NCBI RefSeq assembly: GCF_964204645.1
Contig: NC_134027.1
Coordinates: 14,726,485-14,790,484, forward strand
Direction of reading: 5' to 3'
Length of the DNA: 64,000 nucleotides
Origin: Tubulanus polymorphus
Lineage: Eukaryota > Animalia > Nemertea
Part shown: piece by piece, positions 12,988 through 23,703 of the stretch
Numbering within the stretch: position 1 is the first letter of the stretch
How the letters are laid out: every line of letters begins with the position of its first letter
The notes under the pieces: model-generated
The model's input: only the letters and a program-made list of their open reading frames with translations
The model's database searches: none
Told to the model about the DNA's origin: nothing
Made by a program: the position numbers and the translations under genes

Positions 12988-15387
12988 CTAAAATCCCAAT
13001 TCGAAACTTCTATACCGATGGTCTATGGAAACAGCGTAATGGCTGTCGCCTTTTCCTTCCTCGAGTGTGCGTGTTCTATGAAATTCATTTCTCGCAAATT
13101 CAGTTATGTTCTCTGCTGGTTCCCATGTGCGCTCCTTGTAATTTCTCCACTTTACCAGGTATTCCTTTACACCATTTCGACGGCGTAATTTCAGTAATCG
13201 TTCTACTTCGTAGAAGCTCCTGTCATCTGGTGGCAAGCTTTGAGTATCCAGATCCGTAGGATCCTGGTCGTCCAGTACCGATGGTTCCTTATTTGTTGGT
13301 GGTGATCCTGGAATAAGACGTGGGTGTTCGGCACGATCGTGGAGTGGTTTCAGTCGCTTGGCGTTCACTGCTCCGGGATGTACTTCATCATCAGAGCACC
13401 TGCGAAGGCGATAAGTAAAATTTGGACCAAGTAGGGTGATGTAGTATGGTCCAAGGAATCTTGATTCCAGTTTCTTTGATTTACCCTTGCGTCGACGGTG
13501 GTTGCGCATCATTACCCGATCACCTAGTTTATATGGTGGTTCCTTTGCATGGTTCTTGTCATCGTAGGCTTTCTTGTTCTTATCTTGGAGAGCCTTCATG
13601 TTTTTCTCGGCTACCTTTTTCACTATCTCAAGATATTCCTTCATATTGGCGACATGGTCTGCTACCTTTCTGGGCAGACATCCTTTGGGAATGAGCGCTG
13701 TGTCAATAGGCAAGTTCATCTCTTTTGCAAATACTATATGGAATGGAGAAAAACCCGTGGCTTGAACGCTTGGAGTGGATCGTATAGCCATGAGCACAGT
13801 CGGCAGTATTTCGTGCCAATTGTCCTGATTGGTGTTGCCGTATGAACGCAATATCTGCGCAATAGTTCTATTCTGTCGTTCACAGGTGGCGTTGGTCATT
13901 GGATGGTAACTGCTTGTCATATGTCGGGTAACTTGGAACATTTCACAGACGGCGGCTACCAGCTTGAACATGAAGTTCTTCCCTCGGTCACTGATTAACG
14001 ATCTCGGTGCACCGTAGCGAGCAATAATTTCTCCAAATAAAACCTTGGCTACTTCCGGTGCGTCCTGTGTTTTCAATGGAAAAGCCTCAACCCAGCGTGA
14101 GTAGCTATCAACGAAGAGAAGAATATACTTATGGCCCTCCGTGGTGGGTGTTAAAGGTCCTAATATATCCATGTGCCATCTCACGAATGTGTCGGCAATT
14201 GCCATGTTAGTCAGAGGCGGCGGCCTTGCACCAGGAGCTTCTTTGTTTTCTTGGCAGGGTCCACAGGTCTTCACGTAGTCGTGTACATCCTGATTCATGG
14301 TCTTCCAATGATACTTCTGTAACAGAGCTTCATAGGTCTTGTCTTCACCTAAATGCCCTCCTCCAGCTGCTGAATCGTGGTAAGATGCAAGGAGGTCCAC
14401 TCTCAGCTCCGTGGGGACCACTACTTGGTTAACTGTTCTAAGATGCGGTTCCAAATTTCTTCCTCGTCTCTGGTACTCCCGAAATAAGATGTTGTTTTTC
14501 ATGTGATGCTGGCATGCTGCATGCGTTATTGCCCGTGCCATTTTCGGATCTATGATGGGCTTAGCATCCGGACAGCTGTGCTGTAGCTCGCTGATTTGAT
14601 CAAAGGAGTTTCTTACTGTTGCAGGCTTGGTGGCAAATACCTGAGCTACCTTATCATAGAGGAACTCATACTCAGTTTGTTCATTGTGGAAATCGGTGGA
14701 GACCAGGGAGACTAATTGTTCATTTACTCTACTGACGTTGCCGACCATAGATTCATCGTCCCAGGCAGCATCATCTTCATCACTGGAGGTCTGGACCTCA
14801 GTGTCACTGCCCTCGGTGCCAAGTGGAACTGGCGGTAATCTGGTCGATATATCTGTGTCATTTTTTTCACTTGCCTGTTCATGTCGCTCACTGATGATCA
14901 TTGTCTTACCGGGCTGATATTCATCTGAGGTGTTCCCTTCAGGGGCAGGAATGGTACATATATCTGTTGTTTCCGTCTCCCAGTCCGCCTCGATAGAGAG
15001 GTGATCAGTAACTCCAGATAGTTCATTCGGGATATCTGGTAGCCCTACAGGTTCCGTAGTACTATTTGGGCGTACTAAGGAAAGTATGAGTAACAGGAAT
15101 TGAAACATCTTGCTTCCTAGAAACCGTATCCCAGCACCTGACGATAAGATTGCCTCCCAGGCATGCTGCGTGTATGAATGTTTGACCACATTAACAATTT
15201 CATCTAGGGTAGGAAAAGCATCGCAGTCATCCTCCTCTTCAGTATCCTCATATTTTCGTCGGGACAGGCAATCTGCTGGTCCGTTATTTAACCCAGATCG
15301 CCACTTAGTCTTAAAATCGTATCCCTGAAGTTTTGAAGACCAACGTGCTACCCGACTATTCACATCTTTTGAATTCATCCATGCCAA
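12988..15387 (-). CDS. pol: Gypsy pol C-terminal part: end of RNase H, acidic linker, integrase (HHCC, DDE), chromodomain
   Basis: YHDSAAGGGHLG...CGPC zinc finger, WHMDILGP, LISDRG, YHPMTNATCERQNRT, FYEVERLLKLRRRNGVKEYLVKWRNYKERTWEP chromodomain. Confidence 0.92.
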   Translation of the reverse strand: MAWMNSKDVNSRVARWSSKLQGYDFKTKWRSGLNNGPADCLSRRKYEDTEEEDDCDAFPTLDEIVNVVKHSYTQHAWEAILSSGAGIRFLGSKMFQFLLLILSLVRPNSTTEPVGLPDIPNELSGVTDHLSIEADWETETTDICTIPAPEGNTSDEYQPGKTMIISERHEQASEKNDTDISTRLPPVPLGTEGSDTEVQTSSDEDDAAWDDESMVGNVSRVNEQLVSLVSTDFHNEQTEYEFLYDKVAQVFATKPATVRNSFDQISELQHSCPDAKPIIDPKMARAITHAACQHHMKNNILFREYQRRGRNLEPHLRTVNQVVVPTELRVDLLASYHDSAAGGGHLGEDKTYEALLQKYHWKTMNQDVHDYVKTCGPCQENKEAPGARPPPLTNMAIADTFVRWHMDILGPLTPTTEGHKYILLFVDSYSRWVEAFPLKTQDAPEVAKVLFGEIIARYGAPRSLISDRGKNFMFKLVAAVCEMFQVTRHMTSSYHPMTNATCERQNRTIAQILRSYGNTNQDNWHEILPTVLMAIRSTPSVQATGFSPFHIVFAKEMNLPIDTALIPKGCLPRKVADHVANMKEYLEIVKKVAEKNMKALQDKNKKAYDDKNHAKEPPYKLGDRVMMRNHRRRKGKSKKLESRFLGPYYITLLGPNFTYRLRRCSDDEVHPGAVNAKRLKPLHDRAEHPRLIPGSPPTNKEPSVLDDQDPTDLDTQSLPPDDRSFYEVERLLKLRRRNGVKEYLVKWRNYKERTWEPAENITEFARNEFHRTRTLEEGKGDSHYAVSIDHRYRSFELGF

Positions 15388-15435
15388 TGACTGGTGATCC
15401 GTGAAGACGGTAAACCTCTTGGGGATTAGATACTC

Positions 15436-15860
15436 TCAGAAGTTGTCTATCCCGGCGACAATGGCATAGCACTCCTTATCCCTAGTAGACCACTTCCTTT
15501 GTTGTTGAGATAGTGATTTGCCTCCATAACAAATAACACGGTCGTGACCTTCTTCGTCCAACTGAGACAAAACAAATCCCACGGCCGTATCACTAGTATC
15601 ACAAGACAGAAAAATTTCCTTGTTTGGGTCCAATACTGGTGGGGATGTAAGTGCAACTTTCAGTTTCTCAAACGCCTCATCACAGTCAGAAGTCCAATTA
15701 AACCGAGAATCCTTTCTCAACAAGAAATTGAATGGTGCAGTGATTTTAGCATAGTCTGGTACAAACCTACGGTAAAAGTTAGCTAAACCCAACAAGGATC
15801 GTACTTCTTTCTTGGTTTTTGGAGTGGGGAAATCTCGAATCGCCTCAGATTTACTAGGAT
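15436..15860 (-). pseudogene. pol: Gypsy pol RT thumb/RNase H segment, separated from its neighbours by stops or frameshifts
   Basis: LGLANFYRRFVPDYAKITAP; LSCDTSDTAVGFVLSQ; RDKECYAIV. Confidence 0.88.
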
Positions 15861-15864
15861 CCGC

Positions 15865-17694
15865 TTAAATACCGTCGCTGGTGAATATGAAGCCTGGATA
15901 AGGGACGCTATTGACTGCAAATTTACATTTGGACAACTTTAATGTCAGATTAGCCTGTCTCAAACGATCGAAAACCATCCGAAGATGTTGCAAATGTTCC
16001 TCAAAACTCCAAGAATATATTAAAACATCGTCGATATAAACCAGAGCAAACTTACAGTGAAAACCTTCGAGAACCTTATTCACAGTCAGTTGGAATGACA
16101 TGGGTGCATTTTGAAGACCAAAGGGCATGCGAGTAAACATATAGCTGCCATTTTGCGTCACAAAAGTGGTTTTCGGCATGCTATCGGGATGTAATGGAAT
16201 CTGCCAAAACCCAGAGTTCATGTCCAGATTGGTAAATATCTTAGCCTGCGCCTCGCCCACTGAATCAATGACGTCCGCAAAACGCGGTAACGGGAAATTG
16301 ATTGGTTTAGTAACGCTGTTCAGCGCCCTAAAGTCAATCGCAAACCGATAAGCACCATTGTGAACACCATTGGTCTTTTTCTTAACCATGACCACTGGTG
16401 AGCTCCATGGTGAAGACGAAGGAACAATCACTCCATTGTCCAACATTTCCTGTACCTGTCTGTCCTGTTCCTCGCGCACTGGCTGCGCTTGTCGATACGG
16501 TTGTTGCCGAATAGGAGGCGCATCACCTGTATCAATGTAATGAGATTGCAGAGTGGTGGCCCCTATGTCTTGAAGACTGGTTGCAAATCGATCCGAATAT
16601 TCATATAATAAGTTTCGGAGGCGTTCCTTTTGTTTATCATCCAAGTCTGAACCTTCCAGACTAAAATTTAAATCTGTCTTGGCTGGTTGGACCTTCGGTT
16701 TTTGAGCTGCGGTGTCGCGTTGTGTTGCATTATAACCATCACTTGACAGACTGATGGAAACTGCAGTCTCGTTGGGTGTGGCTGATGCAACTGACGGCGT
16801 TGATCCGTTATCCTTATGATCCTTGTTATCCTGAGACAACCCTGCATGACCTAGGGGACTGATAGCTATTCCAGTCTCGCTTGATAAAGCTGGTGCCTTC
16901 AGATAGCTAGTATCATTTGGAGTATCCTTGTCCGTATCCTCGGTAATCGGGTCTCCCACGGTACCCTCAATATCCATACCCAGTGCGACTACGGTGTTTT
17001 TGGGGAGAGATATTACAACATCTGTAGGATTTAGTATCCTATAAGCTGCACGTCCATTAAGAGGCCGTACAAGACAACGAGCACCAGCAATACTTGAGGG
17101 TGGAAGTCCCTGAGCTGGTTCTAACAGAAGATCTTCACCCTCAAGTTCGCCCTTGACCTTAACCGGGATGATTGACTCCGATTGTGGGGGAAGTTTGACA
17201 TGCTTAGCTGTCCTCGCTGTACAGACACTTGAATCCAGATGGAAAAGAAAAGCATCATCCATAATTGTGAAACATCGATCATGTACATAGATATTGACCC
17301 TATTTGCTTTCATGAAGTCCATTCCCAAGATAAGTGGATGCTGCAGCTTGGTAAAAACATGAAATTTTTGATCCACAGTTATAGAACTAAAAGTTATAGG
17401 AAGTACAATAGTGCCTAGAACCTCGTGCCGTTCTCCTCCAACACCGGCTACACTGTATATATCTGGAGTTTGATTGAGAGATTGATTAGCAAATGGTGTC
17501 CGTTTTAAGGTATTCAAATTTATGCAACTGATGGTTGCACCAGTGTCTATACTGTTCACTTTAACATGATCGATTTTGGCAAGAGTTGTATTTTTGACTA
17601 ATGGCACTGTTAAATTTACACTTATATCATTTCTTGACTTATCGCTATCCATCTGATTATCATTTGTTGGCTTATTTACAAGGGGCCTGTCCAA
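15865..17694 (-). CDS. pol: Gypsy pol N-terminal part: aspartic protease and reverse transcriptase
   Basis: IDTGATISC and ILGMDF protease motifs; RFAIDFRALN, LDMNSGFWQIPL, RMPFGLQNAP, VYIDDVLIYS. Confidence 0.93.
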   Translation of the reverse strand: MDRPLVNKPTNDNQMDSDKSRNDISVNLTVPLVKNTTLAKIDHVKVNSIDTGATISCINLNTLKRTPFANQSLNQTPDIYSVAGVGGERHEVLGTIVLPITFSSITVDQKFHVFTKLQHPLILGMDFMKANRVNIYVHDRCFTIMDDAFLFHLDSSVCTARTAKHVKLPPQSESIIPVKVKGELEGEDLLLEPAQGLPPSSIAGARCLVRPLNGRAAYRILNPTDVVISLPKNTVVALGMDIEGTVGDPITEDTDKDTPNDTSYLKAPALSSETGIAISPLGHAGLSQDNKDHKDNGSTPSVASATPNETAVSISLSSDGYNATQRDTAAQKPKVQPAKTDLNFSLEGSDLDDKQKERLRNLLYEYSDRFATSLQDIGATTLQSHYIDTGDAPPIRQQPYRQAQPVREEQDRQVQEMLDNGVIVPSSSPWSSPVVMVKKKTNGVHNGAYRFAIDFRALNSVTKPINFPLPRFADVIDSVGEAQAKIFTNLDMNSGFWQIPLHPDSMPKTTFVTQNGSYMFTRMPFGLQNAPMSFQLTVNKVLEGFHCKFALVYIDDVLIYSWSFEEHLQHLRMVFDRLRQANLTLKLSKCKFAVNSVPYPGFIFTSDGI

Positions 17695-18982
17695 TGTCGG
17701 GTGACTCTGAACAGGCGCAAACCTTCAATTCGAACTATTTCGATTCTGAGACCAATTTTGGAAATGACCTTGTTGTGGCGGCCCATGTTGAAATTGAGGT
17801 TGCCTGGAATCGATTTGGTTTTGATTTTGGAACTGGCTTTGTTGAGACAGCCCTTGATGATATTTTCTTGAATCATTTTGACCGTGAAATTGAAATTTTG
17901 ATTTCGAGATTGATAGCCATAGGGTGCCCTAGTACCACGCCTGTCAGATCGACAGACACTTTGAAAATGATTCGGTTTACCACAAGCCTTACATGTTTTA
18001 CCCTGTGCTGGACAGTAATCATAAGGAAAATGATTCTTACCACAGTTCCCACACGTTGGTTGTCTGTTATCGCGGTATGCCGGATGTACTGCATTGACGT
18101 CTGTGGTTGTCATCCCCATCATCATTTGAAACATAGTTTGTAGTTGGTTTTCTATTCGGTCGAATCGGTTATCATCGTTTGTGGTTTTAGCAACGGACAC
18201 TTCCTCCTGGACAGATCTCGTAGCTGCCTCGAACGTCATAGCGAAGTCTCGAAGTTCCGAAATGTTTGCGGGCTCCTTGCCCACAACGGCCATCTTTAAT
18301 TCCGGTCTAAGGCCATGAATTGCGATGCTCAATCTCGTCGAGTCGTTGAGTCCATTATCCACGGTCGTCTGCTCCACACGGAACAGATAGTCTCGGACGC
18401 ATTCTCCAGGATTCTGCCGTAAATTGAAAACGCGTTGATCCAGGAATTTAGATTGTTTCTGACCAAAATTGAAGTTCAAAGTCTTGACAATGGTTCCGTA
18501 TCAGCGATTTGTGCTGGCGATAATGCATAAATTGCATTCAAAGCATTGCCACTTAAACTGAATAACAACACCTCTCGTGCTACGTGCACGTCCCATCCAT
18601 GTATGGCGCAAGCTCGCCTCCATCGGTGGAGGTGGTCCCGAATGGAGCCAGTGCCATCAAACTTATCATTGAATGGCAGTTTTATGGATTGTCTCTGTCC
18701 GAGGCCAGTTGTTGGCAACGGATTTGGTTCTTGGTTTGGTACAGCTTGCCTGTGATCTGTAATTGACGTCTCTGGTGTCGTCTGCGGAGTATTTGCTATT
18801 ACCCGCATATCGATGAGAGCACCACCTGTCGCTATTTGGTCCTGCAGGTCCCTAATGCTGGTGACGCTTGGATTCTTGTCTCCGCTAGCGCTACTTGTTT
18901 TATCCTCCTTTCCCATGGTGGTTCTCCCTCTATTGTTGTAGTTAGTGGGTCTATGCGTCATTGATCTAGTGCCCGGGTCCAA
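17676..18982 (-). pseudogene. gag: Gypsy gag, frameshifted near 18476, with zinc knuckles
   Basis: KFDGTG...W, LRQNPGECVRDY major-homology-like region, CGNCGKNH and CKACGKPNHFQSVC knuckles. Confidence 0.8.
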
Positions 18983-18990
18983 CCAACAGC

Positions 18991-20531
18991 TATAGCACCC
19001 CGATATTCAGCGCTAAAAAGGGAGCTAGCGAACTAGATCTGAGGTAGAGCACAAGCGAGGTACCTTAAAATGAAAGTAGAAACAGTTCCAATATAATATC
19101 CGTAAAACGACATTTATTTTTCAGATCAGGAAGCAGAATGTGTATAATATGATATGTGATCATAATAATATATGATAGTGATTATGATAAGTAATAATAT
19201 TAAAACGTAGTAAGGCCTATAATTAAGAATGATCAGCTTTAGAATTATTTACAACCGGTTGGTTTCACATTTCAGACTATTCTTATACGTTTTAGAAATA
19301 TCTATAGACAAATATAACCCGTGCACGGTTAGTACCACTAAATTTCTTAGACTTAAACTGACTAACGTTAATGTCCGAGTAGTACATAGTTAAATCTATT
19401 TCACAGGACACTTCGTAATAGTTATCAGAGATATCCATTTCTAGCTGACGAATGCTAAATATAAAAAGTCTCAGAATTGACAACTCTTTAATTACGATTT
19501 ACACTAATGGACGAATATTGATAGTAATTAATAATCACGGACCGGTGACTCGGCAGTTAAAGCCAGTCAGGTCATAAAAGATTCAGATTCTCAAGAGATA
19601 ACAGAATTATTCCGTAATACTAGCGGACAAGTGCTGAGTATACTGCTATCTAATGTGTAACATTTTGATTAGAAATTCAACATAAAGACCGATTTCAATC
19701 TAACTCCAAATGAAATACAATAATAAAATAATGTTTATAAAAATAGCTAGCGGACAAAGGCTAGGAAAGAATAGACAAAAATATAGTAATATTGATAATA
19801 GATGTGTACTATATAGGAATATTGTTGATTAATCTTATACGGCATGTAGATCTATGAGGTTTGAGCTAGATACACATTCAAATACTCTAAAAGAAAAATA
19901 CAAAATTTCTTACCTTAAAATGAAAGTAGAAACAGTTCCAATATAATATCCGTAAAACGACATTTATTTTTCAGATCAGGAAGCAGAATGTGTTGCCTTC
20001 CTGTCTGTAACTCATTTTATATATTTTGTTATAATGAGGGCGGACCCAGGCTGATGATTGATCCCTCTGAGAAATACCCAATAAATTGACCCTTGACACA
20101 GCCAAAATCTCACACCTGGCAGGTTGGCACCTTAATGAGTTAATCAATGAAATAGCTTTTTGGCAGGCAAACAGTGAGATAATCGACTGGGTAGGCAGCT
20201 GTCCAGCAGCTCGCCCAAAATCACTATCAACACCAAAGTGGGTCTTATTTTATTTTTTGCAGGATGTTTGTACAAAGTTAACAACCTAGCTAATGGGTTG
20301 TTATTGTTATGCCATCTAAGAGCAGGCTCTTGTAACCATGCAGCAAACACAGAAACTATGATGATTTCAAGTCAAAATCAAAGTATTTAGAAGAAAAAAC
20401 TATTTTTCGAATATTAACAAGAAATTCAGAATAATCATGATATTACGATCCGAGGGATACCAAATAAGCCTGGGTACCTTGACTACAAAATAAAACATTA
20501 AAAAGGTGGCTTAAGGGGTTAAACTACTATA
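18991..20531 (-). repeat. 5' LTR of the Gypsy element
   Basis: Starts tatagcaccccga like 11015; ends ctactata next to the ccgt TSD. Confidence 0.88.
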
Positions 20532-21227
20532 CCGTTTTTGTGCGACTCATCTGGATGTACTTTTCGACCTACAGCCCTCACTTTATAAACCCCCTAAATT
20601 TTCTCGCATCTATTTATCTGAGTTGACCTCGTTACCTGAGCTTCATTGAATGTGATATGCTGTTTGTTGGATTTACGGGAAATTCCGGGATCTTCTGATG
20701 TAATTGGAAAGCCCATTGGGAAAACCCAATGTGGAACACAAAAAATGGCGAGCATTTCATTCGACTAGGTATCGTATGTTCGCTTATAATTTGTTCGGTT
20801 TTACGAATATAACCGAGTAGGCTATTCAATTCAGTCTTTAAACTAGCAAGTATGGCGATACCAATGGAGTTTTGGCTCAGATTTGTCTTGTCAATACCTT
20901 AAAGACCTGCTAACCCTTACGGTTTAACCGCGGCCGTCGGCTCTTTGTGAACCGTGTTACTGCTCTACTCTATTAAATTTCAGTACGTTCTTAGGTAGAA
21001 TTTTGAGCGGTAATAAATTAACATTGGACTAAATAGTCTGTAGACAATAGCGAGCAGTGGAATGCTCTCAGCTTTTCATCTAATCAACAGTCAGTTTTTT
21101 TAACTGATTTAGAGGTAGGAGCTAGTCTACACACATATACCCTTATATACAGGGTGTCTCAAAAATGTGTTACCGTTGCTTTGCGATTAATTATTCATTA
21201 ACTATAATTGTAATTAATTTCGTGGAG

Positions 21228-22965
21228 AGTAAATAGGATAATAGGGGTTCATACCAAAAGGTCGAAGGGTCGAGCTCATAAAAAATGAAAAAATAAATTC
21301 TCGCACGCTCGAATATATTGAAAATTGAGTTTTTATTATTCGAAATCTATATTTGATCTTATTTTTCTAGATTATGCTAACACTTTACTCACACTTTTTA
21401 AATATGAATATTTTAAGAGTAAAAAGGATAATAGGGGTTCATATCAAAGGTTGAAGGGGCGAGTGAGTAAAAAATGAAAAATAAATTCGAGCGAGCGAGA
21501 ATTTATTTTTTCATTTTTTATGAGCTCGACCCTTCGACTTTTGGTATGAACCCCTATTATCCTACGGAGTTGTCATATCGCTGAAAGACGGAATCGCGGA
21601 ATTTTCCAAAAACGCGGAATTTCTTCATTTTTACTTTAAATAGTAAACGGGTTTTCCCACGGGGATACCCACTGTCGGACAGGGCACCGGACCGATCGAT
21701 GCAACGAGTTAGGTTCGAATCCCATTATTTGCAGGCAATTTTATATGGAATTATTATATTACGATACCGTTGACCGGGCCAACTTCGGTTTTCGTAGCTA
21801 GTCGACTAGTGGTCGGAACTAATAACCGAACACACTATAGTTCAGTCACAACGTATTTCACAGTGTCGGCCATCTTTAACCTGGGTTCGAACTGTAGCGA
21901 CCGTGCTCAATTGCGTGGTCGACCATTTCCGGACCATAGTTCCGACTAATGGACATTCGGTTTCATGTAGTTCGACTATAGTCGACTAACTCCGATAACC
22001 GAAGTTGGCCCAGGCTGCCACCTGTAGAAGAAGTCAGAATCAAGTGGGGTGAAAGAGACCAGGCACCTAATGTCTATTTCTACTAGGCAAACTTCGGTTA
22101 TCGAAGTTCATCGACTTTTTGAGAACTTCAGAAACGAATATTATCAGATAAATATTGAGCACGTTCGCGGTGTCGGACCGTAGTTGTAGATGGTTGCAAA
22201 CATGAAATCCTACGACCAAACAAGTACCGGTTCAAATTCCTTTGAAATTATTACAATTTTACGGCCGTCCAGTACCGGTACCAATAAGATCTTTTTGATC
22301 CAAATAATCAGCATAGGAACATATATGTTATAGCAGTCACAAAGTAAACATTAAAAAAAACGAAACCATTTTATAATCTTTCATATCATTTAATTCTAAA
22401 AGATAAACCACATTCGCTTATAACAACAATGTAGACACACAACACGCATGAACAATCCTAAGCCAGAATTAAATAAACATAATGTCTATTTATTTTCGTC
22501 TGACATCGATCCAGTTCCACAGTTGTGAGTTAACTCTGAGTTACTTAGAATCAATTCATTTCCAATGTTTTAAATCCAGAGACCAGAGTCAAATCTTAAC
22601 TCGGAACTGAGTCCAGGAGAATGACCCATGGTGTCATCACAAATCCTACGTTTACGTACCATCGATTTGTATTCCTTCAGTTAATGCAGCGATACTCTGT
22701 ATCACTGAATTCGCAAAGCACGTATTGCCTAGGTTCTACATTATTTGGAACAGTATCGTTAAGTTGTTGACTGGCGATATAATAAATTATCAAATACTAA
22801 TTCCCGGTGTTGAAAACCTGGGTCCGATGCCCTGTCCGACAGTGGGTATCCCCGTGGGAAAACCCGTTTACTATTTATAGTCAAAAATGAAGAAATTCCG
22901 CGTTTTTGGAAAATTCCGCGATTCCGTCTTTCCGCGATATGACAACACCGATTATCCTATTTACT
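21228..22965. mobile_element. Non-autonomous Polinton-end mini-element (343 bp once the nested insertion is removed)
   Basis: AGTaaataggataatagggg...attatcctatttACT termini, 6-bp TSD gtggag (21222-21227, 22966-22971); ends clearly related to the TIR at 43052. Confidence 0.85.
21565..22950. mobile_element. Non-autonomous DNA transposon with ~125-bp TIRs and 9-bp TSD (MULE-like), nested in the mini-Polinton end
   Basis: cggagttgtcatatcgc...gcgatatgacaacaccg; TSD attatccta at 21556-21564 and 22951-22959. Confidence 0.9.
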
Positions 22966-23229
22966 GTGGAGGGTAAGTTTGATTGACCTGGGTGTTAACT
23001 CGAGGATAAAATGTTGAAATGTATGGCTGAGCACTACCCTGTTTTCGAATGGTACTAATAATCGAGTCGAACAAACATAAAATTAAGGATTATTGCACTG
23101 TTTCCGTTTATTAATAAATGACCAGCTGCCATTTGACATGATTTATTGAAATTGAATAATCTGAGACATTGAAATGAATTAAATAATCTGACAGATTTCG
23201 CCTTGATAGAATTGTTGGTCCTCTTGACT

Positions 23230-23395
23230 AATTAAGCTGCTCCGGAACGTCCTTCAATTTGGTAACCATTCTTATCAATACACAGTTGAGCTCGACGTCT
23301 CATTGTTCTCAGAGAATTTTGACACATTTCATTCGGTATTTCCTTGAAAGCTGTTACAATCCTAGCTCTTAAGTCAGCGAGTGATGACGGTGGTA
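23230..23395 (-). pseudogene. Tc1/mariner-superfamily transposase C-terminal fragment
   Basis: Translates as PPSSLADLRARIVTAFKEIPNEMCQNSLRTMRRRAQLCIDKNGYQIE; a TA-CAGGGTG TIR-like start lies at ~21148. Confidence 0.65.
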
Positions 23396-23703
23396 AATAA
23401 TTAATGAAGTGATTAGATTTAGAATAAAAGATTGTTGTTTGAAGAGTTTGTTCAGCATATCGTCAGTGATGGTTCTAATTTGGTAATCTAATTAACATTC
23501 GATTGCAATCCAAATTAATTTAAATCTTTGTACGCTTCCCAGAGCGGCATTTGAACCAGTTAGGCAGAAACCCATTATCGCTGCTTTGTAGCTATATTTT
23601 TCAGTTTGTTTTTCGCGGGAATCCGAGCCAAATACCTCCGCCAAAACATTCCATCCTCGTGAAACGATTTAATGAATCCGAAATATATCCAGGAGGAAAA
23701 TAA

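Larger units (their letters stand above)
11015..20531 (-). mobile_element. Near full-length Ty3/Gypsy LTR retrotransposon with chromodomain integrase
   Basis: Two ~1.45-kb highly similar direct repeats flanking gag-pol; termini TATAG...CTATA; 4-bp TSD ccgt at 11011-11014 and 20532-20535. Confidence 0.93.

Noticed and set aside
13004-13017. aaacttctataccg resembles the element's right terminus aaactactataccg and could mark the true start of the 3' LTR
   Set aside because: Similarity does not extend beyond 14 nt and lies inside the pol frame
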